DNA of 64,000 bases, taken from contig NC_086118.1 of the NCBI RefSeq assembly GCF_963921235.1, positions 23,376,001-23,440,000 of the forward strand. The letters run 5' to 3'. Source of the stretch: Mobula hypostoma (Eukaryota). Positions 38,480 through 51,529 of this stretch are shown in pieces. The stretch's first letter is position 1. The number at the start of each line of letters is the position of its first letter. The notes under the pieces were generated by a model. It had not been told where the DNA came from and ran no database searches. It saw only the letters and a program-made list of their open reading frames with translations. A program made the translations under genes and the position numbers.

Positions 38480-38972
38480 AGAAAGTGTGTGCTGGCATTG
38501 GAGAGTGTCCAGAGAAGGTTTACAAGACTGATGCCAGAAATGAAAGGGGTAACCTTATGAGGAGCATTTGATTAGAAGAATGGTGGGGGGTGGGGGGGGG
38601 GGTTCTTATAGAAACCTACCTAATATTGAAAGGCCTTGATAGAGTGGGCATGGAAATGATGTTTCTAATAGTGGGAGATTCTATGACCAGAGGACACCGC
38701 CCCAGAAGAGAAGGCCATTCCTCTTGGACAGAGATGAGGAGGAATTTATTTGAGCAGAGGTGGTGAATCTGTGGAATTCATTGCCACAGATGGCTATGGA
38801 GCCATGTTATTGTGTGTATTTAAAGCAGAGGTTGATTAGTAAAGGTGTCAAAGAATACAAGGAGATGGGAGGAGAATGGTGTTGAGAGGAAAAATAAATC
38901 AGCCATGATCAAATGGCAGAACAGTCTTCATGGGCTAAATGGCTTAATTATACTCATATGTCTTATGGTCTT
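38480..38972 (+). mobile_element. CR1 LINE 3' end
   Basis: ALESVQRRFTRLMP..., AGAGGTGGTGAATCTGTGGAATTCATTGCC, and a tail ending TCTTATGGTCTTAT. Confidence 0.8.
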
Positions 38973-39974
38973 ATCGCCTTATTTCATTGACTTGAGTATA
39001 GAGACAAATCAAGTTCTTAAACTAACAGTAAAGGTAAAATCCCTGATAAAGTATGACTCCAGTGCTAACACCAATCACCTGTTGATATCAACCCTTTGTA
39101 CATGATTTCAAATGAGTTTCATGATATCTCTGCTTTCAAATCTTTTTCCTTGATTTCAGAACATATCGTTTGATCAAACTATTGTACATGCGCACCGTTG
39201 TTTAACGAGGAATGATAAACTGATAAACTTTGGACCCAAAGTAAATAATTTGGTTGTTTGTACGTTCTTGAGGAGAACTATCTGAACTCTTAGGATTCAA
39301 TTGCACAGTACATCAGTTTAACTGTCAGGAATACAATGGCTCCAAAACCCAATCCATGCAGGCTGCTTGAAGGAAATGTCTTTTTAAATACCAGGTGAAT
39401 TCAAAGTAAATTAATGTAGCAACACTTGTTTTAAACAAATAGGTTTGCTGTTGTTTTAGTCCGTGCTGTCCATTTAATGAAATGGATAATGTTTCCTCAT
39501 ATAGATCAATGGGAATCTGTGTTTGTCTTTTTTTGAGGAGTCCAGGGTCTGCTTCAAGGGCTGACTATACCAGCAGTGAACTGTAACAGGTGCAGGTTAC
39601 TAGAAATAAACACAGTGTCTATCAAAGCATTCCTGTGCTTACACAGGCACCTCTCTCTTCTTTATATGGGCTCCATGACCTTTCAGAATGATTGGTTGCT
39701 GCACTCAAAACTAGGCCAATTGTTGACTTTGCATTTCTCAGTTAATCTACTCTGCATTAATATGAACCGAGAAGTAACAAGCATTATCAGAAGAAGTGAC
39801 ACATTCTGTTTCACTGATAAGTAGATACTTCGAGCAGACGTTATGCAAATCTTTTGAAAACAAATATTGGAGTCATCTGGGATACAGAAAGTACATTGTT
39901 AGAATTCTGAATTAAGCAAAGGTTAGCACAAATATTGGTGAATGTTTTAAGAATTTGTAAATTATCCTTGGAAA

Positions 39975-40592
39975 ATACTCAAGGGGCACTGAATAGAGAG
40001 TCAGGGAGTCAGGAAGTCACTTTGCAGCTGTGTAAAATTCTACAGTTCGTCTGCATTTAGTATTGTGTGAGTTCGAGCTGACCCATTGCAGGAAGGATCT
40101 GGAGGCTTTGGAGAGGATGCAGAAGAGATTCACCAGGATTCTGCCTAGATTAGAAGGTATTAGTTATTTGGAGACATTGGAAAACTTGGATTATTTTCTT
40201 AGGTGTATCAAAGGCTCAGGGAAGATGTGATAGAGGCTTTTAAAATTTTGAGAGGCTGAGTTAGGGTAGATCATCAGAATCTATTTTTTTCACCTAGCAG
40301 ACATGTCAAATACCAGGGAACATGGCTTTAAGGCAAGGTTTGAGGTTGGAATTTAAAGGAGATGTCTGGGGCAAGTTCTTTACTTTGAGGCTGGGTGGTG
40401 TCTGGAACAGACAGGGAGGGATGTAAGCGGACAGGCTATTCATGTTTAAGACTCATTTAGACAGGCACATGAATATATTGGGAATGAAGGGATATGAATC
40501 AGGTACAGGCAGGTGGATTTAGTTTAATTTGGCATCAGGCAGCACAGACATCACATCTGAAGGGCCTGTTCCTGAATCGTATTGTTCTACGA
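39975..40592 (+). mobile_element. CR1 LINE 3' end (decayed)
   Basis: EALERMQKRFTRILP... and tail GAAGGGCCTGTTCC...TTGTTCTA. Confidence 0.8.
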
Positions 40593-42264
40593 TGGGTGAC
40601 TGATGGTAAAAAACCATATTCACTGGAATTTTGTACTGATCCTCATGATAACTTCATTGGAGGTTGACAGCGAAATAGTGTCTTCAGGGTGGAGAAAAGG
40701 AGTATGGATGGAGGGTGGTATATGGAAATGGTCAGAGATTGTCTGTAAAGTTACTGAGATAATGAGAGCTGCAGGGTCACGTGTTGACAAGCTTAAATCG
40801 ATCATCATACTTACGAGTAGAAGAATTTGCATGGAATGAGAAAAAAGGGAACAATGACAGAGAAGGAGATATTAGGGGCAAGGGGAGATTTGGTGCTACT
40901 GTGATGGTTTGTCTAATGCAAAATAGACATGGCAGAAGATGAGGGTGGGAGGGAGCTTGCACTTATGGGGACAGTATCATCATTCATTAGCTAGATTTTA
41001 GATAATACCATGATTTTGAAGTCATTAACTACAATGAGATAAACAAGAGCCTTCTCAAAGTGAATATTATTCTGGAGATATATAGAGAAGGGTTGTGTCA
41101 GAGTTCACAGGATTCACGCTGATGTGGATGAAGTTGATGGGATGGTAATTGACAGGATTTTTTCCAAGCAGACATGATTGTAACTATGACCTTGGTGTAG
41201 TTTTGAAGAGAAACACTCAGCTAAACCTGTATAGGGTTAAGAACATCTATTAATCCTTCAGGTGCTAATTTGCCAGTGGTACTATGCACTTCAATTCAAA
41301 TATAAAGTTATGATGGTTCTATACATTTGTTCTATACAGTGTGCAGTGAAGAACCAGCAATGTTAGAAACAAGGGTATATTTAACTCTACTTACCTAGTT
41401 TGATTTCTGCCAATGGGAAGAATTGTAACTCCTCCCATTTCTTGGTTATGTTAACATGAGATATATTATGTGATGTCTGCTGGAGGATCTAAGGCTGGAA
41501 GATTGTGATAAGCATTGAAAAGCACTCAGAAAAGACAATGCTTCTGCCAAGGGAACATTTTTCTCAGTGAGTACATATACAAAGCATCATGTAGCATAAC
41601 GTCTCTGCATTTACATAGTCATATTTAAGAACTAGAAAATTTCAAGAGTTGCAGAAGTCTCCGGTTCTGAGCATGCTAGGAGCTTTTGAAGTAGCAATTC
41701 TCAGCTGGAAGTGCTACTTAAAATATTGAAGTTAAAAGGACTGAACAAACAATGGGAGTGAGAAGCAGACATTGGTAAGACCACCCAGGTTTCCCAATGC
41801 TTGATTAGATAGAGGCAGACTACAGTTAAAGATCAGAACAATTATTCCCCCACTCTAAATGGCCTTCTGTGTAAAAGCTGTAAATATCAGTGAAGAATCT
41901 TCTGTGACGGACTCCCCAGCAACAGTTCACTGAGTTTCTAATGATATTCCAGCAGACCTTTGACCTACCAACAAGACCAGTTTTCCTGACTGTGGCCCGC
42001 ACTTTTCCAAACCCTATAAGCAGTGGTTTAAGTATGAGTGGTAAGCATGCTTTGTACATTGACTGGCATCTTTGCAGTCTCAGCATATAGATATGTCATA
42101 CATTTGTAAGAGTGCATTTCAAATTTCTATGCGCTATGCATGATTGGCAACATGGATTTTGTTTAGTGATTAACCTTTTGAATTTCCAGGTCCTGGTATT
42201 TAATAGACAAACCAAGTGAGTCAACTGGAAGCAAAATATATATGGATAAACTCTTAGGTCTAAC

Positions 42265-43638
42265 TGTAATGAGCTCTTCTGGCTTGTGCAGGGAGCTGGC
42301 TAGTATTGGGCTCCAAGGTTTTTAGAGCACCTGAATTGGTTAATTATTGTTTAATGAGAGTCATTAATGATTTGGAGTTTCTTGTATTTTTTCTAGAGCG
42401 ACCTGCTCAATGTAATGTGGTCTCCGGGTGTGCTCTGTTTAAACTTGTTAAATTTAATTTGATCGGCCCGGGGAAATCAGTGTTACTTGTATTATTTAAG
42501 CAGATGTCCAATTAATGCTAACTGTGGGATCTTAGTTTTGAGAATGTTATGTTTCACAGTGTGATTTGACTGAGCCACTGATGTTCTGCTGGAATTCTTG
42601 TGAATGAACTCTGGTCACTCTCTCTACATTAGAGCCTGTCTCTCCATTGCACTTGGCTTTCGATATTGCTGGTGAACATCATGACAGAAGGACCCTGATA
42701 AATAATGGACCCAGAGGAGGTTGAACAGTAGAGTTTTAATATCGGTTGGTTTTAGGTGAGAATGTCATCTATTCTCAAGTCTATGTTCTGAGTTTCTCAA
42801 GTTCACATTCTGAGTTTACATTCCACGCATCTCTTGTTAATGTTCAGAGTTTCTCAAGTCCGCGTTTTGAGTCTACGTCCCCAGTGACTCAAGTCCACGT
42901 TCCAAGCTTTACTTGTTTAGGTCCAATATCGTCAAGGTACCAAGGTCATCAGAGTTCTCAAAGTTCTCAAGGCCATCAAGGTTTTTTCAAGGATGTAAAG
43001 GTTTTCCAAATCTCCCATGCCCCTCCAGGTTTCCAAGGTTTATTCAAGATTTCTGAGTTTTATCAATGTTTTCAAAGTTTATTCAATGCTTCCAAAGTTT
43101 TTTCAATGTTCTCCCTATCTCAAGGTTCCCAAGTCTCACTCAATGTTCCCCAAGTCCTTCTTGAGGGTCCGTAGGTCCCTCTCAAGTTCTCCAGGTCCCG
43201 CAAGTTTTCAAGGGGATGCTGTAATGAGCTCTTTGGGCTTGTGTGGTGAGCCAGAGAATGTTGGGCTCTGAAGTTTTTAGAACACTTGAAATGGTTAATC
43301 ATTACTGAGTGAGATTCATTAATCACTGTGAGTTCCTTGTGTTTTTCTTGAGTGACTTACGCTTTGTAATGCAATCTCCTTGTGCTTTCTGTTTAAACTT
43401 CTTCAGTTTATTACGATAGACTTGGGGATTACATGTTACTTGTATTACTTAAGTGGACGCCGATTAGTCCTAATTGCGGGGTCCTAGTTTTGAGAATGTT
43501 ACATCTCTCAGTGTCACTTAGCCGAGCCACCTATGTTCCATTCGAATTTTTATGAATAAACTCTGGTCACTGTCATTATACTGGAGTCTGTCTTTCCTCT
43601 GAATTTGGGTTCCAATGTTGCCAGCGCACGTTGTGACA
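42265..43638 (+). mobile_element. Complete non-autonomous LTR retroelement (TRIM-like): LTR 42265-42686, internal 42687-43219, LTR 43220-43638
   Basis: Two homologous ~420-bp direct repeats, each TGTAATGAGCTC...TGACA. Perfect TSD CTAAC (42260-42264 / 43639-43643). Purine tract AAGGGGATGC before the 3' LTR. Confidence 0.9.
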
Positions 43639-43924
43639 CTAACAACCTAAAAATCTTGTTCAACTGCATATGAATTCAGTAATCAGTTGTGTTGTACATT
43701 TTTGGGACCCACATGGGCACAGTTTGCAGCTAGTGCCACAGGAGAACTCACTTTTAGCACTAAGTTACACTAAGCCATTTAGGCAAATTAGGGTCAATGC
43801 CAGGAACTATCTTAATCCACTCTAGGTAACGACTGCACAAGATTCCCAGGGCTGAAATAGCTAACACGAAAGGATACAGTTTTAAGGTGCTTAGAAGTAG
43901 GTACAGAGGAGATGTCAGGGGTAA

Positions 43925-46900
43925 TAGCCCTCTATTTTTTTAAGCTCCAAGTACCTATCCAGGAGTCTTTTAAATGACCATATTGTTTATGCTTCCACCA
44001 TGACCGATGGTAGCACATTCCACTCACTCACCACTCTCTGCGTTAATAAAAAAAAACTTACCTCTGACATCTCCTCTGTACCTACTTCCAAGCACTTTAA
44101 AACTGTGCCTTCTCGTGCTAGCCATTTCAACCCTGGGGAAAAGCCTTTGACTATCTACATGATCAATGCCTCTCATCATCTTGTACACCTCTATCAGGTC
44201 ACCTGTCATCCTCTGTCACACCAAGGAGAAAAAGCCAAGTTCACTCAACCTATAAATCTCCTCTGCACGCTTTCTATGGTTACCACATCCTTCCCGTAGT
44301 GAGGCGACTAGAACTGAGCACAGTACTCCAAGTAGGGTCTGATCAGGGACCTATATAGCTGCAACATTACCTCCTGGCTCTTGAAATCATTCCCACGATA
44401 GATGAAGGCCAATGCACCATATGCCTTCTTAACCACAGAGTCATCCTGTGTAGCAGCTTTGAGTGTCCTATGGACTTGGACCCCAAGATCCCTCTGATCC
44501 TCCACTCTACCAAGGGTCTTACCATTAATATTATATTCTGCCATCATATTGACCTACCAAAATGAACCACCTCACACTTATCCGGGTTGAATTCCATCTG
44601 CCACTTCTCAGCCCACTGCTGCATCCTATCGATATCCCGCTGTAAACTCTGACAGCCCTCCACACTATCCACAACACCCCCAACCTTTGTGTCATCAGCA
44701 AATTTACTAACCCATCCCTCCACTTCTCCATCCAGGTCATTTACAAAAATCATGAAGGGTAGGGGTTCCAGAACAGATCCTTGAGACACACCATTGATCA
44801 CAAACCTCCATGCAGAATTTACCTGTCTACAACCACTCTTTGCCTTCTGTGGGCAAGCCAGTTCTGGATTCAGAAAGAAATGTCCCCTTGGATCCCATGC
44901 CTCCATACTTTCTCAAAAAGCTTTGCATGGGGTACCTTATCAATTGCCCTACTGAAACCCATATACACTACATCTATGGCTCTACCTTCATCAATATGTT
45001 TAGTCACATCCTCAAAAAGTTCAGTCAGGCTCGTAAGGCATGACCTGCCTTTGATAAAGCCATGCTGACTATTCCTAATCATATTATGCCTCTCTAACTG
45101 TTCATAAATCCTGCCCCTCAGGGTCTTCTCCAACAACTTACCAACCACTGAAGTAAGACTCACTGGCCTATAATTTCCTGGGCTAACTCTACTCCTTTTC
45201 TTGAATAAGGGAACAGCATCTGCAACCCTTCAATCCTCTGAAACCTCTCCCGTCCTCATTGATGTTGCAAAGATCATCACCAGAGGCTCAGCAATATCCT
45301 CCCCAAAGTAGCCTGGGGTACATCCTGTAGAGTCCTGATGACTTATCCAACCTGATGCTTTCCAAAAGTTCCAGCGCACCCTATTCCTTAATATTTACAT
45401 GCTCAAGCTTTTCAGTCCACTGTAAGTCATCCCTACAATCGCCAAGATCCTTTTCTGTAGTGAATACTGAAGCAAAGTACTCATTAAGTACCTCTGCTAT
45501 CTCCTCCGGTTCCATACATACTTTTCCACTGTCACACTTGATTGGTCCTATTCCCTCACGTCTTATCCTCTTGCTCTTCACATACTTGTAGAATGCCTTG
45601 GGGTTTTACTTAATCCTGTCTGCTGAGGCATGGTCCCTTCTGGCTCTTGCAATTTCATTCTTAAACTCCTTCCTGCTAGCCTTATAATCTTTTAGATCTC
45701 TATCATTACCTAGTTTTTTGAACTTTTCTCAAGCTTTTCTTTTCTTCTTGACCATATTTACAACAGTCTTTGTACACCATGCTTCCTGTACCATCCTTTC
45801 CCTGTCTCATTGGAACATATCTATGCAGAACCCCACACAAATATGCCCTGAACATTTGCCACATTTCTTCTGTACGTTTCCCTAAGAACGTCTGCTTCCA
45901 ACTTAAGCTTCCAAGTTCCTGCCTGATAGCCTCATATTTCCCCTTACTCCAATTAAACATTTCCTTAACTTGTCTCTTGCCATCCCTCTCCGTTGCTGTG
46001 GTAAAGAAGGTAGAATTGTGATCACTATCTCGAAAATGCTCTCCTACTGAGAGATCAGACACCTGCCCAGGTTCATTTCCCAATACCAGATCAAGTACAG
46101 CCTCTCCTCTTGTAGGCTTATCTACATATTGTGTCAAGAACCCTTCCTGAACACACCTAATAAACTCTACCCCATCTAAACCTCTCACTCTAGGGAGACG
46201 CCAATCAATATTTGGGAAATTAAAATCTCCCACCACAACAACCCTGTTATTATTACTCCTTTCCAGTATCTGTCTCCCTATCTGCTCCTCGATGTCCCTG
46301 TTACTATTAGGTGGTCTTTAGAAACCCAGTAGAGTTATTGACCCCTTCCTGTTCATAACTTCCACCCACAGAGACTCTGTAGACAACCCCTCCATGACTT
46401 CCACTTTACTGCAGCTGTGACACAATCTCTGATCAATAGTGCCACACCCCCACCTCTTTTTCTCCCTCCCTGTCTTTTCTGAAACATCTAAAGCCTAGCA
46501 CTTGAAGTAGCCATTCCTGCCCCTGTGCCATCCAAGTCTCTGTACTGGCTCAACATCATAGCTCCAAGTGCTGATCCATGCTCTATGCTCATCCGCTTTG
46601 TTCATAATACTCTTTGCATTAAAATGGACACATCTCAAACCATCGGTCTGAGCGTGTCCCTTCTCTATCACTTGCCTATCCTCCCTCTCACACTGTCTCC
46701 AAACTTTCTCTATTTGTGAGCCAACCGCCCCTTCCTCTGTCATTTCAGTATCCCCCAGCAATTCTATTCCGTTCCTACCCCCCAGCAATTCTAGTTTAAA
46801 CTCTCCCCAATAGCCTTTGCAAACCTCCCTGCCAGGATATTGGTCCCCCTGGGATTCAAGTGCAACCCGTCCTTTTTGTACTCTGCTCCAATCCCTCAGC

Positions 46901-47263
46901 CATGCATTTATCCTCCACCTTGTTCTATTCCTATACTCACTGTCACGTGGCACAGGCATAATCCCAAGATTACTACCATTGCGGTCCTGCTTCCCAACTT
47001 CCTTCCTAATTCTCTGTAGCCTGTTTTCAGGACTTCTTCCCTTTTCCTATCTATGACATTGGTACCAATATGCACCACGATCTCTGGCTGTTCTCCTTCC
47101 CACTTCAGGATATCGTGGATGCGATCAGAAACATCAGGGACCCTGGCACCTGGGAGGCAAACTATCATCTGCGTTTCTTTCCTGCGTCTACAGAATTGCC
47201 CATCTGACCCCCTATCTGTAGAGTCCCCTATCACTGCTGCCATCCTCTTCCTTTCCCTACCCT
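43925..47263 (-). mobile_element. CR1 LINE, 5'-truncated in ORF1 (esterase) with decayed ORF2 (APE + RT)
   Basis: VIGDS...VHIGTN (SGNH esterase, ORF 46908-47282); VGDFNFPNIDW...DLVL...SDHN (APE); QHGFIKGRSCLT; SKFADDTK; RGDLIEVYK-type C-terminus. Same family as 55441-59630. Confidence 0.95.
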
Positions 47264-48014
47264 GATTCATGATCCATTCCATCTTAATCTAGATAAAGAG
47301 CCGAAACACATACTGCTAAAGTATGACTAATTGTTGTTTAATTGGCTGCCCTATTTCACAAAGTTTCATCTTGCTCCATTGTGATGCATTACTTTTTTCT
47401 TGAAATTTATGGCAATTGATCTAGCAGCAAAAGTCTGACATGGTGTGTCTATACACAGGAGCCTTGCACTTTTATAGGAATAATTACAACTGTTAAGATT
47501 ATCTCTTCAATCTAAACTGTCAGAAGTAAGTGTTTGGACAAACTGTTTCCCCTGAAGCAACATTCTTCTAGATTTCAAGGTATAGTCACCATAAAAGTTG
47601 TGGGCTATGAAGTAAGAGTAAGAACTCAAAAACATTTCTTAAAACATTCACTCTGAACTAATGGTTAATTTTTTTTTGTAATCATGTAGCTCACTGAGCA
47701 TTAATTAAAATTGAAAAATTTAATGAACGGAGTTTTATGATACATTGCTTTCCTGAGAGTAATGAGCTACACTGGGTCAAGGGTATGGCCTTATGATAGG
47801 TGGAAAGCCTGCAAGACCTTTTTCTTATTGTCTTGTCTTACAGCTTTCTTCAGCTAGATTCTGAGCTGCAGTTAGATCCCAAATCAAAATCAAACTGGAT
47901 TCTCTCCATTCTAGGTGACCATATGATATACTTTCTAGCTGGTTAATAGGTGACACTTTGCAGTGGGAACATCAGTTGATTTCTTTCCCTATCTTTCACT
48001 TTGCTCAAAATGCT

Positions 48015-48512
48015 TTGACAACGTGACATGCTGGTGCTTCCGTTGTGGCCTCCTCTACATTAGTGAGGCCCAACATTTTAATTTTGATTTCCTTTTCCAT
48101 TCCAACATATTGGTCCAAGGCCTCCTCTTGTGCCAAGATAAGGCTACCCGCAATGTCAAGGAGCAACAGCTCACATTCCATCAGGTTAAAAAAATTCCTC
48201 CCCTCTATTCCCCACTCTGACCTTTCACCTCTTCTCACGTCCCCCTGGGTCCCCTCCTCCTTTCCTTTACCCTCTGGACTTCTCTCCTCTCCTATCACAT
48301 TCCTTCTTCTCCAGCCCCTGATCTTTCCCAACCACCTGGCTTCACCCATCTCCTTCCAGCTAGCCGCCTTCCTCTCCCCCCACCCTTTTATTCCGGTGTC
48401 TTCCTCTTTCCTTCTCAGTCCAGAAGAAGGGTGCTGGCCTGAAACATCAACTGTTTATCCTTTTCCATAGATGCTGCCTGACCTGCTGAGTTCCTTCAGC
48501 ATTTTGTGTCTG
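48015..48512 (+). mobile_element. Penelope-like element 3' end: GIY-YIG endonuclease remnant plus terminal repeat with a hammerhead-like motif
   Basis: C.C.RCGLLYISE...HFN...VQGLLLCQDKATRNVKEQQLTF (ORF 47963-48220). Then CAGTC-CAGAAGA-A-GGGT..GCCT-GAAA-CATC-AACTG at 48416-48453 and the tail GATGCTGCCTGACCTGCTGAGTTCC. Confidence 0.85.
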
Positions 48513-48829
48513 TCACACTGACCAAATGTTGACTAAAAAAAAAGTTTTTTTTCCCTTTACTATCACAGTTCAGCAACTCAATGGGCAGCTCATTTAGGAG
48601 CAAGCTGTTGAGCTATTTTAAGCACAATCACACAAAAAAAGTTTTAGAGATTATTCCTTTTCAAATCATGATGCTAAACAGTCAATATATTTTGAGGTAG
48701 AGAGGAATATTGCTTTCATTACTGTGCAGGTAATCCAGAAGTTTGGACAAATCATCCAAAGACACAAGCTTAAGTACCACCTAGCAAGCTGTGAAGTTTA
48801 CATTAACTTATTGAAATAATCCAAAATGT

Positions 48830-49040
48830 GTCAGTAATGATGATCAAGAATGAATTAGTTTGTGTGGACCTGTGATTAGATTTTGCAAACATCTCGTGTC
48901 ACTTAAGGGAAGAAATGTGCGGTCGTTACCTGGAGTGGGTTAAGATAGTTCCTGGCATTGACCACAATTTCCCTAAATGGCTTAGTGTAACTTAATGCCA
49001 AAGGTAATTAAATGTTGGCTATAAGAAATGTTTTTACTGG
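48830..49040 (+). mobile_element. Decayed SINE/L2-tail-type repeat (SacSINE-like)
   Basis: TTAAGGGAAGAAATGTGCGGTCGTTACCTGG...CTAAATGGCTTAG resembles my recollection of shark L2-tailed SINEs. Confidence 0.45.
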
Positions 49041-49309
49041 GTGATGCTAAAAAGCTGTGAAAGAATATAAATGAAGTAAACTATTATGTATTGATAAGTA
49101 GATGAATAGATTTTATATAAATCTCAGTAGATGTCTTCTCAATTCTAAGATTCCTCCCCTCCACAAAAATGTTTTTACTCACTGTGACACAGAAGGTCCT
49201 CTTACATGTGCCAGCTTTCAGCAGTAAGATTTGTCCCTTTATTTGTCTATAACTCATTTTCTCTCACATTTTTAATCATACCATTTTGAATGTTGTGCAA
49301 TGTACCAGC

Positions 49310-49492
49310 ATGAAGTGAAATTAACGGCAGTCAATTCACCCACCCACACACCTTTGAAGCAAAGCAGCAGATTTGCAGCAAACCTGGTTGCAGGGGTGAC
49401 ATTGAATCTCCACTGGATAGCCTCCGAATCAGTAATGAACTTAGGCCCCTGGAACAGTGAGGTAGGAGCACTACCTGCTACACCAATGTGGT
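49310..49492 (-). mobile_element. V-SINE remnant
   Basis: Reverse tRNA head (CTGGAACAGTGAGGTAGGAGCACTACCTGCTACACCA) and a V-domain remnant. Confidence 0.55.
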
Positions 49493-51009
49493 ACCTGATT
49501 TAGAATCATCCAATTTTATGGACATCCTGCCTATATCCATGACATACAAATTATTCCAGTGTCAAAGCAACTGATGGAATGACTGTTTTACTATTACAGG
49601 AGTTCAGAATGTAACAGATTTGTTTACAATACTATCAAAATGCCAAATTAATTTTGTGTTTGCTTGCTTTCTGTGCAATAAAACGTTAATTATATTTGTA
49701 GCCTCAGAGAATTGATTCACAGGAAATAGCTTGAACGACATTTTTTAGGCGCATTAAACAGAAACAAAATGGCAGCTGTTTGCTCATGCAGTAAACTATC
49801 TGCTCCTTAATTAACTTCCCACGTACAACGAGGATACAGTGGCTTCCTGCCCACGAGCTATTTAATCTGTTCTTGGATGACAAAGGGGAAATAACTGCAG
49901 GATAGCCTTCCCCAATTTTTACTGGTAAACTGAGAGGATAGAAATCTTTCCTTTGAAACTTGATTTAATTGGAGGTGGGTAATTGAGAAAAGACTACATT
50001 ATGTGCTTGAACAATTTTTCACTAAATTTTAACTCCTTAAAATACTTGAATTAGGATCATGTTGGAGACAAAGATACAGGAAGTCTGGATTAAGGACAAA
50101 ACTTGCCTATTTCCTGCACTCCCACAATTTCAGTTTGATTGAATTAGAATGAATCCTAGCAGGGTAGGTTGGTCATTTACAAATTATAATGAACTGGTCT
50201 TCATTGATTTTAATAGTTAATCGACATTTAATCATAGTTTCCTAAGCCATTGGTAACTTGGAATGGGAAAGAATGTGAGAAGGATTACTGATGAGTGTGA
50301 TTCAATGCTTGTGAGTCCAGCTCATCAGTAAATCTAATCTTCTCTCAGATTTGACTGCATGGAAGGATTGCCATCAACTCTTCAATGTATGAAGTTCTGC
50401 TCCACTCTAACCACTTCCAGACTTCCAGTCTCCCAATACTATCACTCCTGGACTGTTAAAGCCACCACTTTTTCCTCATCCCCTTCAATCAAGATCACCC
50501 CCCCCACCAAAAATCCTTCCTTCTTCCAATGAGCTGAAGAAGGCTTATCAACATGTAGGTCAAGACACAATCCTGTCCTGACATTAAACTCTGTCGAGCA
50601 TGTGATCATTTTATTCTGACCACAAAACAGCCATACTACTCATCCTCCAACAGAAAGCTTCATATCAAAGTCAATCTCCAGGGGACTTCGGATTTATTCT
50701 TTGAATTAATTAAACTTAACGTAGTTGATTAATTTACAAGGCATGCATAATATACAGATATACTTCAATATCATGCACGCCTCGTGTACAACATCATGTA
50801 GTACACAATAATAGTATATAGATGGTTGGACAAAATAATGTCTCAGAAAATATTACAAGTGGAAAAGATAGGAATAAAGGGATTTGAATGGGGGCAACTA
50901 ATGTTGTAAGGCATTGGTCTCTGGTCCCACTTCTTCCCATACCACCGATTTCCTTTCAAAGTTAACCAGGACCCCCCTGCTTCATCTCATAATTCAGATG
51001 TGAGTAAGG

Positions 51010-51175
51010 GAGTGTGGGTTTGTAGTTCTTGAAGGAGTTTGGGTATGTACATAATTGATGTACATTCTTCCTGATGGCAGTAGCGAGAAGAGAGCATGTC
51101 CTGGGTGGTGGAGGTCCCTGATGATGGATGCTGCTTTCCTGCAACTGTGTTTCATGTAGATATGCCACAACAGCA
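51010..51175 (-). mobile_element. Rex1/Babar LINE 3' fragment
   Basis: TTCCTGATGGCAGTAGCGAGAAGAGAGCATGTCCTGGGTGGTGGAGGTCCCTGATGATGGATGCTGCTTTCCTG encodes RKAASIIRDLHHPGHALFSLLPSG on the minus strand. Confidence 0.8.
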
Positions 51176-51529
51176 GCAGTTTCTGTATTTTTAGAGGTGC
51201 TAGTGTTTGAGAGCAACAATGGTGAGTATGGCAGAAAAATGGTGTTCATTTACCTCAATCACCAGAACAACCGAGGCAATGTTTGATCAATGTCTCATTC
51301 AGGGAATCAGGAAAGCTGATAATGAAGTGCCTGCCATACTCATTTTCTCAAGCACAGGACTGAAGCTCAGGTTTACCACGAGAGATGAGAATACAGACAA
51401 GCTCTGTAGAACATTTGGTAAGCCTATTCTTCTAGGTTTCCTGACACCAGAAAAAGCCATACCATCTATCCTCCAACACAAAGTTAAGATCAAAGCTAAA
51501 ATCTCGCCCATTGTTTCACTGATGGGGGA

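Noticed and set aside
42746..43174. 142-aa Ser/Gln/Phe-rich ORF inside the two-LTR element
   Set aside because: Non-ATG start and a low-complexity translation of the CAAG-type repeat; no gag or pol motifs.
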